The position numbers and the translations under genes were made by a program. 64,000 bases of DNA from an uncultured Candidatus Saccharibacteria bacterium. GTDB taxonomy: Bacteria > Patescibacteriota > Minisyncoccia > UBA6257 > UBA9933. Positions 18,775-28,722 of the stretch are shown here, piece after piece. The stretch's first letter is position 1, and the number at the start of each line of letters is the position of its first letter. Location: assembly GCA_964642155.1 (NCBI GenBank), contig CAZXNT010000002.1, forward strand, positions 65,801 through 129,800, given 5' to 3'. The notes below the pieces were generated by a model. That model saw only the letters and a list, made by a program, of their open reading frames with translations. It made no database searches and was not told the origin of the DNA.

Positions 18775-19089
18775 ATGGTTATTTTGCGAAAATCAAAAAA
18801 AATTTTTTGGACAAATCACGCCAAGGATAAAATGCGGTTTTATAAATTATCCGAACAGCGGATTTTGAGAATTTTAAATTCGCCGAGCCGCGTTGAAGAA
18901 GGCATCGCGCCGAATACTATCGCGATGATGCAGTCTGCCGGAAGCGCGAAACATCCCCATGAAATCTGGATGATGATCCAAGAGACAAAAGTCCGCAGAA
19001 AAATCATTTCCACATGGAAATATCCGGGCAAAACCAAGCCGGGAGAACCGCTACCGGAAGAGATTTTAAGGGAATTAAAGATGGCTTAG
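18775..19089 (+). CDS. DUF4258-like small protein (possible toxin-like), hypothetical
   Basis: 104 aa. WTNHAKDKMRFYKLSEQRILRIL resembles the DUF4258 family N-terminus. Confidence 0.35.
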   Translation: MVILRKSKKIFWTNHAKDKMRFYKLSEQRILRILNSPSRVEEGIAPNTIAMMQSAGSAKHPHEIWMMIQETKVRRKIISTWKYPGKTKPGEPLPEEILRELKMA

Positions 19090-19094
19090 GGGGG

Positions 19095-19122
19095 TTGACA
19101 AGATTTTTAACGCGCCTATAAT
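19095..19122 (+). promoter_or_regulatory. near-consensus sigma70 promoter upstream of the 23S-5S rRNA genes
   Basis: TTGACA (19095-19100), 16-nt spacer, TATAAT (19117-19122). About 260 nt upstream of the 23S 5' end. Confidence 0.6.
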
Positions 19123-19544
19123 TGAAAGATTATTAATAAAATGACAATGCTAAAAAACATATCAAGCGGATGAAGACTTCGGCAAGTTTTTTTATTGTCT
19201 TCACCCCGCTTTCAAGCGGGATTTTTATTTTTTATGTCAACTAAAGCTTTGTTTTTTGAAAAAGTTTCAGTTGGTGTGAAAATCAGAATTTGTTGGTTGG
19301 TTAGTTTTTTAAAAATTGAATACAGGAAAATAAAAATAAAAGTAAAGTTATCCAACTTCTTGAATTCTGAATTTCAAGAAGATTTATTTAAGGGCGTATG
19401 GTGGATGCCTTGACATCAAACAGCGATGAAGGACGTGGCGTGGCTGCGATAAGCTTCGGGGAGGCGCTTAGCAACCTTTGATCCGAAGATTTCCGAATGG
19501 GGAAACCCTGCGCTGAAAACCAGCGTAAGCGCTGCTTTTCAGCG

Positions 19545-19628
19545 AATTTAGGATTACAAATTAAGAATTTAGAATTACGGAAAAATTATTTTTTAATTCT
19601 GCATTCTGCATTCTGAATTTTGAATTCG
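19545..19628. repeat. family A inverted-repeat element inserted in a 23S rRNA 5'-domain helix tip
   Basis: AGCGAATTTAGGATTACAAATTAAGAATTTAGAATTACGG..AATTCTGCATTCTGCATTCTGAATTTTGAATTCGCT. Perfect terminal inverted repeat AGCGAATT/AATTCGCT. Confidence 0.75.
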
Positions 19629-20029
19629 CTGCAAAGCAGCGTGGCTTACCCGCTGAAGTGAAACATCTCATTAAGCGGAGGAACAGAGAATAATAATTTA
19701 TTCCCCTAGTAGCGGCGAGTGAAAAGGGAGGAGCCTAAACTTATAAAAAAATTCGCAAGAAAATTTTTATAAGGGTTGCAAGACAGAGACGCTCTTTTGC
19801 TTTTCGCGAAGTCCTGAACTTATTGAAGGATTTCGCGATTTGTGAAAGGTGGAAGAGTTACAAATTCTTTGGTTAGCCAAATTAGCTGGAAAGCTGAACC
19901 ATAGCGGGTGATAGTCCCGTAGGCGAAAACCGAAGAACTCTTTAGTTTTTGATCTTAAGTACCTCGATGACAGGATGCTTCGAGGGAATCATCCGGCACT
20001 ATCCGGAAAGGCTAAATATGTTTGATGAT

Positions 20030-20066
<37 letters not shown>

Positions 20067-22004
20067 CAGGCCGGCGAGGCCGATGAAATAGTATCTGAAA
20101 CCATATGTCTACAAGGAACGGAAGTCCGCAAGGACGACCGTGTGCCTATTGAAGAATGAGCCAACGAGTTTATTTTACTCCTTTGTCTAAGCTTTACGGA
20201 GCGGAGGCATAGGGAAACCGAGTCTTAATAGGGCTACTATTAAGGGGTGGAATAAGACCCGAAGCCAAGCGAGCTTGCCCTGATCAGGATGAAGCGGAGG
20301 TAAAACTCTGTGGAGGTCCGAACCGGTTGGTTGTGCAAAACCTTCGGATGAATTAGGGTAAGAAGTGAAAAGCTAATCGAGCTTGGTAATAGCTGGTTCT
20401 CTCCGAAATAGCTTTAGGGCTAGCGTCGGGCAAAAATATATCTGGGGTAGAGCTACTGGTTGAGAAGTAATGGGGGAAACCTCGGCTTCTTAGTCAAACT
20501 CCGAATACGGATATAAATCGGTCCGGCAGTTAGAATGTGGGGGCTAAGCTCCATATTCAAAAGGGAAACAGCCCAAATCGTCGTCTAAGGTCCCTAAATA
20601 TTTGCTAAGTGTTAAAGGTAGTGATTCGCCATAGACAGATAGGAGGTTGGCTTAGAAGTAGCCATCCTTTAAAGAGTGTGTAACAACTCACTATTCGACG
20701 GCGAATTGCGCCGAAAATTTACCGGGGCTAAGCAAGTTACCGAAGACACGAATTTCGCCGCAAGGCGAAGTGGTAGGAGAGCATTTCAAACGCACTGAAG
20801 CCGGACTCGCGAGAGCCGGTGGAGTGTTTGGAAGAGAGAATGTTGGCATGAGTAACCACAATCCCAATGAGAATTTGGGACTCCGAAAATCCAAGGGTTC
20901 CTCCGTAACGGAAATCGACGGAGGGTTAGGCGATCCTAAGGCAATGGCGAAAGCCGCAGCTGATGGGAAGCTGGTTAATATTCCAGCCCCTCTGTATAGT
21001 TCGATGTGGTGACGAAGAAAATAAGATTGAGCGTCTTAATGGTTTGACGTTGTTTGTTTCCAGAATTTTTCGACAGGCAAATCCGTCGGAATGCTTTTAA
21101 CGGCAAAATTCGGAAACCGAAAAAATTCGCTTACGGGCGGAAATTCAATCGAAGAGTCTTCCGAGAAAAACCTCTAAGAATAGCTATATAGAGATCGTAC
21201 CGTAAACCGACACAGGTGGGTGAGGCGAGAAGCCTAAGGAGAACGAGTGAGTCTTCGTTAAGGAACTCGGCAAAAAAGCGGCCGTAAGTTCGCAATAAGG
21301 CCTGCCCGCAGCAATGCGGGCCGCAGCGAAAGTATCTCTAGCGACTGTTTAACAAAAACACAGCTCCCTGCGAACTCGCAAGAGGATGTATAGGGGGTGA
21401 TGCCTGACCGATGCGAGAAGGTCAAGCTTGGCGGTGCTTTGCAGCAATGTGGAGTGCTGACTGGGTTAAGCCCTCGTCAATGTCAGCGATAACTATAATC
21501 GTTCTAAGGTAGCGCAATTCCTTTTCGGGTAAGTTCCGAAGCGCACGAATGGTATAACGACTGGAGAACTGTCTCAACGAAGAGCTCGGTGAAAATGCGA
21601 TTCCCGTGAAGACGCGGGATACCTGCAACGGGACGAAAAGACCCCGGGAGCTTTACTGCAGCTTGATATTGTTTTTAGAATTTTGATGCGTAGCGTAGTG
21701 GGGAGCCTTTGAAGCTTCGCTTTCGGGCGGAGTGGAGGCGTCAATGAAACACCCATCTTTAAAATTTTAAAGACTAACCTTGGCGGCAAAAACGTCAGGG
21801 AACAGTGTCTGGCGGGCAGTTTAAATGGGGCGTTTTCCTCCTAAAAAGTAACGGAGGAGTTTATTAAGGTCGGCTAGGAGCGGATGGAAATCGCTCTCGT
21901 CGTGTAAACGCACAAGCCGGCTTAACTGCAAGGCCTACAAGCCGCGCAGACGCGAAAGCGGAAGTTAGTGACCCGACAATTCTTTATAGAAAGGTTGGAG
22001 ACAC

Positions 22005-22038
<34 letters not shown>

Positions 22039-22233
22039 GTTGCCCGAGAGTCCTTATCGACGGCAACGCTCGGCACCTCGATGTCGGCTCATCACAGCGC
22101 GGGGGTGAAGAAGCTCCCAAGCGTTTGGCTGTTCGCCAATTAAAGTGATACGTGAGCTGGGTTCAAACCGTCGTGAGACAGGTTGGTCTCTATCTGTTGC
22201 AGGCGTTGATATTTGAGGGAAGTTGACCCTAGT

Positions 22234-22957
22234 AAGAAATTGCTACTTCGCGGAGTAATCCGCGATGACAATTTGGCTAATAACGGTGAAGTCTTAATAT
22301 TTGATTATCATAATCGGTCTGAATGATAATTTACTTGAGGACCAAGAAATGTTAAGATAATACCGTGGGAAGTCAATCTAAAATAAATTTAGCATATATC
22401 GCTGGTTTTCTTGATGGCGATGGAAGTCTGATGCTCCAAATTAAAAAACGGAAAGATAGCAATAAATCGTATAGATTTATGGCTACTATTTGTTTTTATC
22501 AGGATTCGCGGCATGAAAAACCGCTTTTCTGGATACAAAAAGTTTTAAACATCGGATATTTATCTAAAAGAAAAGATGGCATAAGTGAATTAAGAATCAA
22601 TGGTTTTAAACAAATCGAAAAAATTCTTAATAATTTATCACCATTTATTAAATTTAAGAAAATTCAAGCGAAAATTCTTTTAAAGTCTGTAATTTTTCTT
22701 CAAAAATCTGATTTAAAAGAAAAAGATTTGAGGATATTAGTAAATAATATTATTCAAATTCAATCTGAGAATTATGTTTCTAAGAAAAAGCGGACAAAAG
22801 AAGAATTGTTTAAAATTTTAGGTTTGACCCCGTAACGACTGAGTCTAAAAAAGACAAGATAGGAATTTTAAAATTTCTATAATATGCCGATATCCAATCC
22901 CGCCATGGCGGGAGGATAAAGATATAGTCTACACACATAGTGATATGTGATTATGTG
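22234..22957 (+). mobile_element. intron in 23S rRNA (group I-type inferred) carrying a LAGLIDADG homing endonuclease ORF
   Basis: Exon junction rebuilds the conserved CCUAGU|ACGAGAGGACC. 5' exon ends in U and the insert ends in G. The HE ORF is internal. Confidence 0.7.
22365..22835 (+). CDS. LAGLIDADG homing endonuclease (single-motif, homodimer type)
   Basis: LAYIAGFLDGDGSL motif near the N-terminus. 156 aa, I-CreI-like size. Confidence 0.85.
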   Translation: MGSQSKINLAYIAGFLDGDGSLMLQIKKRKDSNKSYRFMATICFYQDSRHEKPLFWIQKVLNIGYLSKRKDGISELRINGFKQIEKILNNLSPFIKFKKIQAKILLKSVIFLQKSDLKEKDLRILVNNIIQIQSENYVSKKKRTKEELFKILGLTP

Positions 22958-23089
22958 ACGAGAGGACCGGGTTGAACAAACCTCTGGTCTACCGGCTTTG
23001 CCACCAGGTGAAGCGCCGGGTAGCTATGTTTGGCAGGGATAAGCGCTGAAAGCATATAAGCGCGAAGCCTTCCCCAAGATTAGATATCA

Positions 23090-23121
<32 letters not shown>

Positions 23122-23233
23122 TTAGGTGTAAGCACAGCAATGTGTTTAGCCAAGAAGTACTAATAAGTCGGATTTTCTTCTAAAAAATTCAGGATTCAAC
23201 AAGTTGGACAACAAACGCGCCAAGATTTTTATT

Positions 23234-23350
23234 TGCTGGTGTTTTACTTATACATGAACCACTCCTTCCCATTCCGAACAGGACAGTGAAAGTGTGTAAG
23301 ACTAATGATACTTTTCGCCTCGGCGGATGGGAAAGTAGGCTATGCCAGCA
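23234..23350 (+). rRNA. rrf: 5S ribosomal RNA
   Basis: TGCTGGTG..CCAGCA terminal helix. Internal CCCATTCCGAACAGGACAGTGAAAG matches the 5S loop B/C consensus. Confidence 0.8.
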
Positions 23351-23447
23351 TATAAAAGTTTTGGCGTTTTTTTATTTGTAAGGTATAATATTTATAATTA
23401 ATTAACGAGTTATTATTCATTGGAAATTGTAAATTGTAAATTAAAAC

Positions 23448-24242
23448 ATGGGCAAGCGTTTAATTAAACAAATAATTTATGGCTCCGGTTTTTCGGCAAT
23501 CGTTTTTTTGATTTTAATGGCGATTTATTTTATTTGGCTGAAGCCAGAGCCGACTTGTTCCGACGGACGTCGGAATCAAAGCGAAACCGGCGTTGATTGC
23601 GGCGGGCCGTGCGCGGCTTGTGAAATAAAAACATTATTGCCGTTTCAAACAATTTGGCAGACTAAGTTTTCAATAAACGGCAAAGCGGCTCTTGCGGCGC
23701 AGATAAAAAATTCCAATTCAACTTACGGCGCGAATCGCTTCTCTTATTCTTTTGAAATTTATGGGAAAAGCGGCAATAAAATCAAAACCATTTCCGGGAA
23801 TTCTTTTATTTACGCTTCGGAAATTAAATATATTTTTGAGCCGACCGAAATAAATTATTCGGATATCGGCGAAATTAAAATTTTTACTTCGGTCGTTCAA
23901 TGGAAAAAGAACGAAGAATTTTTAAAACCGAAAACCCAAATTAGGGAAAAATTGACTAAAATAAGCGATAGTGGAAAAGGGGTTGAGGTGAGCGGATACA
24001 TCGTCAACGACAACCCCTATCCTTTAAAAAAGGTAAGGTTTGTCGGATTTTTAGCGACGTCAAATAATATTAAAATCAGTGTTTCCAAAACGGAATTGGA
24101 TAATTTAAAAGCTTTTGAAGAAAGATATTTTAAAATAATTTTTCCGAAAGATATCGATTTGCTTTATTCGGGCGCGTCTTCGGAATTAAGTTTTATTTTA
24201 GCCGACCCAAACAGAACGGAAATATATGTTGAAGCAATTTGA
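23448..24242 (+). CDS. hypothetical membrane-anchored protein with a CxxC pair
   Basis: 264 aa. N-terminal TM. CSDG..CGGPCAAC. No recognised domain. Confidence 0.4.
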   Translation: MGKRLIKQIIYGSGFSAIVFLILMAIYFIWLKPEPTCSDGRRNQSETGVDCGGPCAACEIKTLLPFQTIWQTKFSINGKAALAAQIKNSNSTYGANRFSYSFEIYGKSGNKIKTISGNSFIYASEIKYIFEPTEINYSDIGEIKIFTSVVQWKKNEEFLKPKTQIREKLTKISDSGKGVEVSGYIVNDNPYPLKKVRFVGFLATSNNIKISVSKTELDNLKAFEERYFKIIFPKDIDLLYSGASSELSFILADPNRTEIYVEAI

Positions 24243-26271
24243 TAAGCCCTATAATCCTCAAGAGGTTGAAGAAAAAATTTATAAGCTTTGGGAAGAAAGC
24301 GGGTTTTTTAATCCGGATAATTTATTAGGAGCTGATAAAGGGTCGTTTGTTATTTGTATTCCTCCGCCCAATGTAACCGGCAGTTTGCATTTAGGACATG
24401 CGTTAAACGCCACTATTCAAGATATTTTAATTCGTAAGAAAAGAATGGAGGGTTATAAGGCGCTTTGGATTCCGGGTACTGACCACGCCGGCATTGCTAC
24501 TCAAAATGTCGTTGAAAAAATGTTAAAAAAAGAGGGTATTAGCCGCCATCAGCTTGGAAAAGAAAAATTTCTTGAAAAAGTTTGGGAATGGAAAGAAAAA
24601 TACGGCGGAATTATTTTAGGACAGCTCAAAAAGATCGGTGCTTCTTGTGATTGGTCAAGAACCGCTTTTACAATGGATGAAAATTACAGCAAGGCGGTTC
24701 AAGAAGCGTTCAAGCATTACCACAATAAGGGGTGGATTTATCAAGGAGAAAAAATTGTCAATTGGTGTTCAAGATGCGGAACCAGTTTGTCTGATTTGGA
24801 ATTGGAATACGTTGAAGAAAAAGGAAAGCTTTATTATATAAAATATCCAATAAAAAAATCATCAAATTTTATTGTTGTTGCCACCACTCGGCCGGAAACT
24901 ATGCTGGGCGATTCTGCCGTTGCCGTTAATCCCAAGGATGAAAGATATAAAGAATTAATTGGACAGAATGTTTTATTGCCGATACAAAACAGGGGAATTC
25001 CGATTATTGCGGATGATTTAGTGGAAAAAGAATTTGGTACCGGAGCGGTAAAAGTCACTCCGGCTCATGATTTTAATGACGCTCAAATAGGGGAAAGAAA
25101 TAATTTGCCGATTTATAAAATAATTGATGAAAGGGGTAAAATGACTGAACTATCGGGTTCTATTTGCGAAGGATTGAAAATTTTGGAATGTCGCGACAAA
25201 GTAATTGAAAAATTAAAAGAATTAAATTTATTGGAAAAAGAAGAAGATTATACTCATAGTATTGCCAAATGTTATCGTTGTAATGGCACAGTGGAACCGT
25301 TGCCGTCTCTTCAGTGGTTTGTGAAAATGAGCGAGTTAGCTAAACTTGCCATTAAAGCGGTGGAAAGCGGAGAAATAAAATTTCATCCGGAAAAATGGGA
25401 AAAAGTTTATTTAAATTGGCTTAAAAATATAAAAGATTGGTGCATATCTCGGCAGATTTGGTGGGGGCATAAAATTCCCTTAGAGGGTGTGGAAGATGTT
25501 TTAGATACTTGGTTTTCTGCGGCATTATGGCCGTTTGCGACTCTTGGTTGGCCAAATAAATCTAAAGATTTAAAAGAATTTTATCCAACACAAGTTTTAC
25601 CAACAGCCAGAGATATTATTAATCTTTGGGTGGCGAGAATGATATTTTCCGGAATAGAATTTATGGGCAAAGCTCCGTTTAGCGATGTTATAATCCACGC
25701 CACTATTCTAACAAAAGAAGGAAAAAGAATGTCTAAATCGCTTGGTACCGGAGTTGACCCAATAGGTTTAATTGAAAAATACGGAGCTGATGCGACTCGT
25801 TTCGGTTTGATTTGGCAATCAATGGGCGGACAGGATATTCATTGGGCGGAAGAGCACGTTGTCGCCGGAAAAAAATTCGCTAATAAATTATGGAATATTG
25901 CTAAATTCGTGTTATTAAAAACAGGTGATGATTTCTCATTAATTTCATCGGAAAATATAAAAGATAAAGAAAATATAGATATTTTAAAGAAATTTGATTT
26001 AATCAAAAGCCAAGTGGAAAAAAATATAGAAGAATATGATTTTGGTCAGGCATTACATGCGCTTTATGATTTTATTTGGCATGATTTTGCGGATAAATAC
26101 ATTGAGTATTCAAAACAAAATGATTCAAATGAAACCCGTTATGTTTTATATTCTATACTTTATGATATTCTAAAACTTCTCCACCCCTTTATGCCGTTTA
26201 TCACGGAAGAAATTTATCAGAATTTACCAAGTAAAAATGCGGAGTTTTTGATGGTTGACAGATGGAATTAG
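24226..26271 (+). CDS. valS: valyl-tRNA synthetase (short form lacking the C-terminal coiled coil)
   Basis: PPPNVTGSLHLGHA (HIGH) and KMSKSLGTG (KMSKS). WIPGTDHAGIATQ is ValS-specific. Confidence 0.85.
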   Translation: MLKQFDKPYNPQEVEEKIYKLWEESGFFNPDNLLGADKGSFVICIPPPNVTGSLHLGHALNATIQDILIRKKRMEGYKALWIPGTDHAGIATQNVVEKMLKKEGISRHQLGKEKFLEKVWEWKEKYGGIILGQLKKIGASCDWSRTAFTMDENYSKAVQEAFKHYHNKGWIYQGEKIVNWCSRCGTSLSDLELEYVEEKGKLYYIKYPIKKSSNFIVVATTRPETMLGDSAVAVNPKDERYKELIGQNVLLPIQNRGIPIIADDLVEKEFGTGAVKVTPAHDFNDAQIGERNNLPIYKIIDERGKMTELSGSICEGLKILECRDKVIEKLKELNLLEKEEDYTHSIAKCYRCNGTVEPLPSLQWFVKMSELAKLAIKAVESGEIKFHPEKWEKVYLNWLKNIKDWCISRQIWWGHKIPLEGVEDVLDTWFSAALWPFATLGWPNKSKDLKEFYPTQVLPTARDIINLWVARMIFSGIEFMGKAPFSDVIIHATILTKEGKRMSKSLGTGVDPIGLIEKYGADATRFGLIWQSMGGQDIHWAEEHVVAGKKFANKLWNIAKFVLLKTGDDFSLISSENIKDKENIDILKKFDLIKSQVEKNIEEYDFGQALHALYDFIWHDFADKYIEYSKQNDSNETRYVLYSILYDILKLLHPFMPFITEEIYQNLPSKNAEFLMVDRWN

Positions 26272-26370
26272 ATATGATATAATTTTAACAGAAATTTGGA
26301 AAATTTAATATGTAAGATTTGAGCAAAGTGTTTTGAAAAAACTTTTAATAACTCGTGAAAGGAGGAGATT

Positions 26371-26730
26371 ATGTATCTCGCAGGGATTCTAAGAAAGCTT
26401 ACCGAGGTGGGATTTATTCAGTGGCGTAACTACAGGGGTGAGGGAGTGTACGGTGCGTCAATTGGAGTTTTTAGCGTTTTTGTGTACATGGAAGAAGAAA
26501 AAGTCCCCGGCTTCTTTGGCAAGAAGAGGAAAATCTATTATATTCTTAAAGTTCATAATAAAGGAAATGAACAAAAAGAATATAAAGAAGATTTTGAAGA
26601 AATCTGCTCGCCGGCTAACATCATGAACCTTTTCTACGCCGCAAAACGTTCTGCTGAGGAGATTCCAACAGATGATGTCGCAAAAGCGCTCGTTCAAGAA
26701 ATGAGCAAGGAATTTGGTCTCAGATTATAG
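26371..26730 (+). CDS. hypothetical protein
   Basis: 119 aa. Strong SD (GAAAGGAGGAG). No recognised domain. Confidence 0.35.
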   Translation: MYLAGILRKLTEVGFIQWRNYRGEGVYGASIGVFSVFVYMEEEKVPGFFGKKRKIYYILKVHNKGNEQKEYKEDFEEICSPANIMNLFYAAKRSAEEIPTDDVAKALVQEMSKEFGLRL

Positions 26731-26831
26731 CCGAAAAATGAGATCAAGTTTCACAATATAGGATACCTGCTTTCTTTATGGCAAGGGCCCTTTTTCTTTT
26801 ATAAAAATAAATTTTAAAGTATAATCTTTTA

Positions 26832-27512
26832 ATGGTAATTCTTGTGATTTTACTCGGCGTTTTACCGTCATTAATCTGGCTGGTTTTCTTTTTAAAAGAG
26901 GACCCCCATCCGGAGCCGAAAGGCATATTGGCGCGAATTTTTATTTACGGTTCTTTTGCCGCTTTAATGGCGGTTGTTTTCCAATATTTTTTTCAGGACA
27001 TTTTGGATTTTTTTAGAATAGGCGAATATGCTTTTATTTCTTTTTTTATTTTAGCCGCCGTTGAAGAAATTTTAAAATTTACGGTTGTTTATATAACCGT
27101 CAATAAAAAAAGTTTTTTTGACGAACCGGTTGACGCGATGATTTATATGATAACCGCGGCTTTGGGGTTCGCGGCTTTGGAAAATATATTTATTGCTTCC
27201 AACGGTTTATTAACAGGCAGTTTTAAAAACGGGGAAGTTTTTAGTATTTTAACAATTCGTTTTGTCGGCGCCACTCTTTTTCACGCTTTAGGAGCGGGTA
27301 TCGTCGGGTATTATTGGGCAAAAGGATTTTTTAAAATTGGAAATTGGAAATTGAAAATTATAAAAGGCCTTATTATAGCGACCTTCTTGCATGCTGTTTT
27401 TAATTATTCTATAATTATGTTTAAGGACGCGAATATCTTGATTTATCCGTTGATTTTTTTAATAATTATCGCACTGGTTGTTTTTAAGGATTTTGAGAGA
27501 GTAAAAATATGA
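26832..27512 (+). CDS. PrsW-family intramembrane metalloprotease-like protein
   Basis: Polytopic. EEILKF (EExxK), FHALGAG and HAVFN (HxxxN) motifs. Contains a GAAATTG x3 in-frame tandem repeat. Confidence 0.5.
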   Translation: MVILVILLGVLPSLIWLVFFLKEDPHPEPKGILARIFIYGSFAALMAVVFQYFFQDILDFFRIGEYAFISFFILAAVEEILKFTVVYITVNKKSFFDEPVDAMIYMITAALGFAALENIFIASNGLLTGSFKNGEVFSILTIRFVGATLFHALGAGIVGYYWAKGFFKIGNWKLKIIKGLIIATFLHAVFNYSIIMFKDANILIYPLIFLIIIALVVFKDFERVKI

Positions 27513-27617
27513 ACCCCCACACCATAACGAATTGTGGTATGGGGAAATTATAAAAATATAAACGAACGAAAATTCATTCTATAAATTATTATAGAGCAAG
27601 ATATAAATTCGTTTGGT

Positions 27618-28199
27618 GTGGGGGTGAACGAGAAAGATTTTTTTTCAAAATTAGCCGGCGTTGGACCGGATGGTAAATTTTCTGATTTTTCAAATGGTCG
27701 GCAAAGTTCCGATTCTAATTTGCCTGCGCAGGCAAACGGAACAAGGGAAAATTTTTATAAACAAGAAAATGGCAATAATAAAAACGGAACAAATTCAAAA
27801 ATGGAAAACAAAGATTCAAAAATAAACAATAACGATAAAGAAGAAGAATTGGATAATACCGCCGAAGAAGAAGGACAGTTAGCGGTTGACGTTTATTCTA
27901 CGGAAACAAGTTTTGTCATAGAGTCGGCGATTGCCGGCGTAAAAGGCGAAGACATAGACGTTTCCATCACTATTGATTCAGTTACAATCAAGGGCAAGCG
28001 TTCAAAAGAAGATAAGGATTCAGATAAAGAATATCTTTACCAAGAATGTTTCTGGGGGAGATTTAGTCGCGCCGTTATTCTGCCTCAGGAAATTGACGCC
28101 GATAGATCAATTGCTTCTTTTAAAAACGGAATTTTAAAAATAATTCTTCCGAAAATTATCCGCGATAAGCCCAAAAAATTAAGAGTAAGATTTGATTAA
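27618..28199 (+). CDS. Hsp20/alpha-crystallin small heat-shock protein with a low-complexity N-terminal extension
   Basis: C-terminal alpha-crystallin domain (AVDVYSTETSFVIESAIAGV..GRFSRAVILPQ..FKNGILKIILPK). Confidence 0.75.
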   Translation: MGVNEKDFFSKLAGVGPDGKFSDFSNGRQSSDSNLPAQANGTRENFYKQENGNNKNGTNSKMENKDSKINNNDKEEELDNTAEEEGQLAVDVYSTETSFVIESAIAGVKGEDIDVSITIDSVTIKGKRSKEDKDSDKEYLYQECFWGRFSRAVILPQEIDADRSIASFKNGILKIILPKIIRDKPKKLRVRFD

Positions 28200-28656
28200 A
28201 ACAACTTCATCTATCCAGACTAAAAAAATAGCGAAATTATTAGCGCGGGAAATTTTGTATTCAAAAGCTTCACAAATAGGCATATCTAAAAACGCCTTTG
28301 TTTTACTTTTAAGCGGGGATTTAGGAGCGGGCAAAACGACATTTATTCAAGGTTTTTTGCGTGGCTTGGGGATTGGTAAAAAAATTACCAGCCCCACATT
28401 TGTTTTAATTAAAACTTATAAACTTAAGAATTTAAAAACTTACAAACTAATCCATCATATTGATTGTTATCGCATTCATAAACCGAAAGATATTAAGGGC
28501 ATTAGCATAAAAGAAATTTTAAAAAATCCTCAAAATATTGTTTTAATAGAATGGCCGGAAAGAATAAGGCGCATATTGCCGAAAAACGTTATAATGATAA
28601 AATTAAAGTACGGTAAAAAAGAAAACGAGAGGATTATGAGTATAAAATTTGAATGA
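28192..28656 (+). CDS. tsaE: tRNA threonylcarbamoyladenosine biosynthesis ATPase TsaE (YjeE)
   Basis: P-loop GDLGAGKTTF at the typical position. About 150 aa. Confidence 0.7.
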   Translation: MIKTTSSIQTKKIAKLLAREILYSKASQIGISKNAFVLLLSGDLGAGKTTFIQGFLRGLGIGKKITSPTFVLIKTYKLKNLKTYKLIHHIDCYRIHKPKDIKGISIKEILKNPQNIVLIEWPERIRRILPKNVIMIKLKYGKKENERIMSIKFE

Positions 28657-28722
28657 TAATCGCTTGTTTTCAAAGCGAATTTTTGGTAAAATAATAATAC
28701 CCCAAGCGGGTATTTTATTGTT

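Noticed and set aside
18398-18830. ORFs 18398-18697(-) and 18477-18830(+); also a possible SRP, RNase P or 6S RNA in the GC-rich block at 18590-18680
   Set aside because: The ORFs are mutually antisense across a GC-rich palindromic block with no SD. I looked for 4.5S domain IV (GGAA tetraloop with AGCAGC) and RNase P P4 motifs and found only loose resemblance. The block may be a family B-like repeat. It is left unannotated.
20691-21789. ORFs 20691-20894(-), 20770-21012(+), 21422-21628(-) and 21574-21789(-)
   Set aside because: They lie entirely within conserved 23S rRNA sequence, so they are spurious reading frames.
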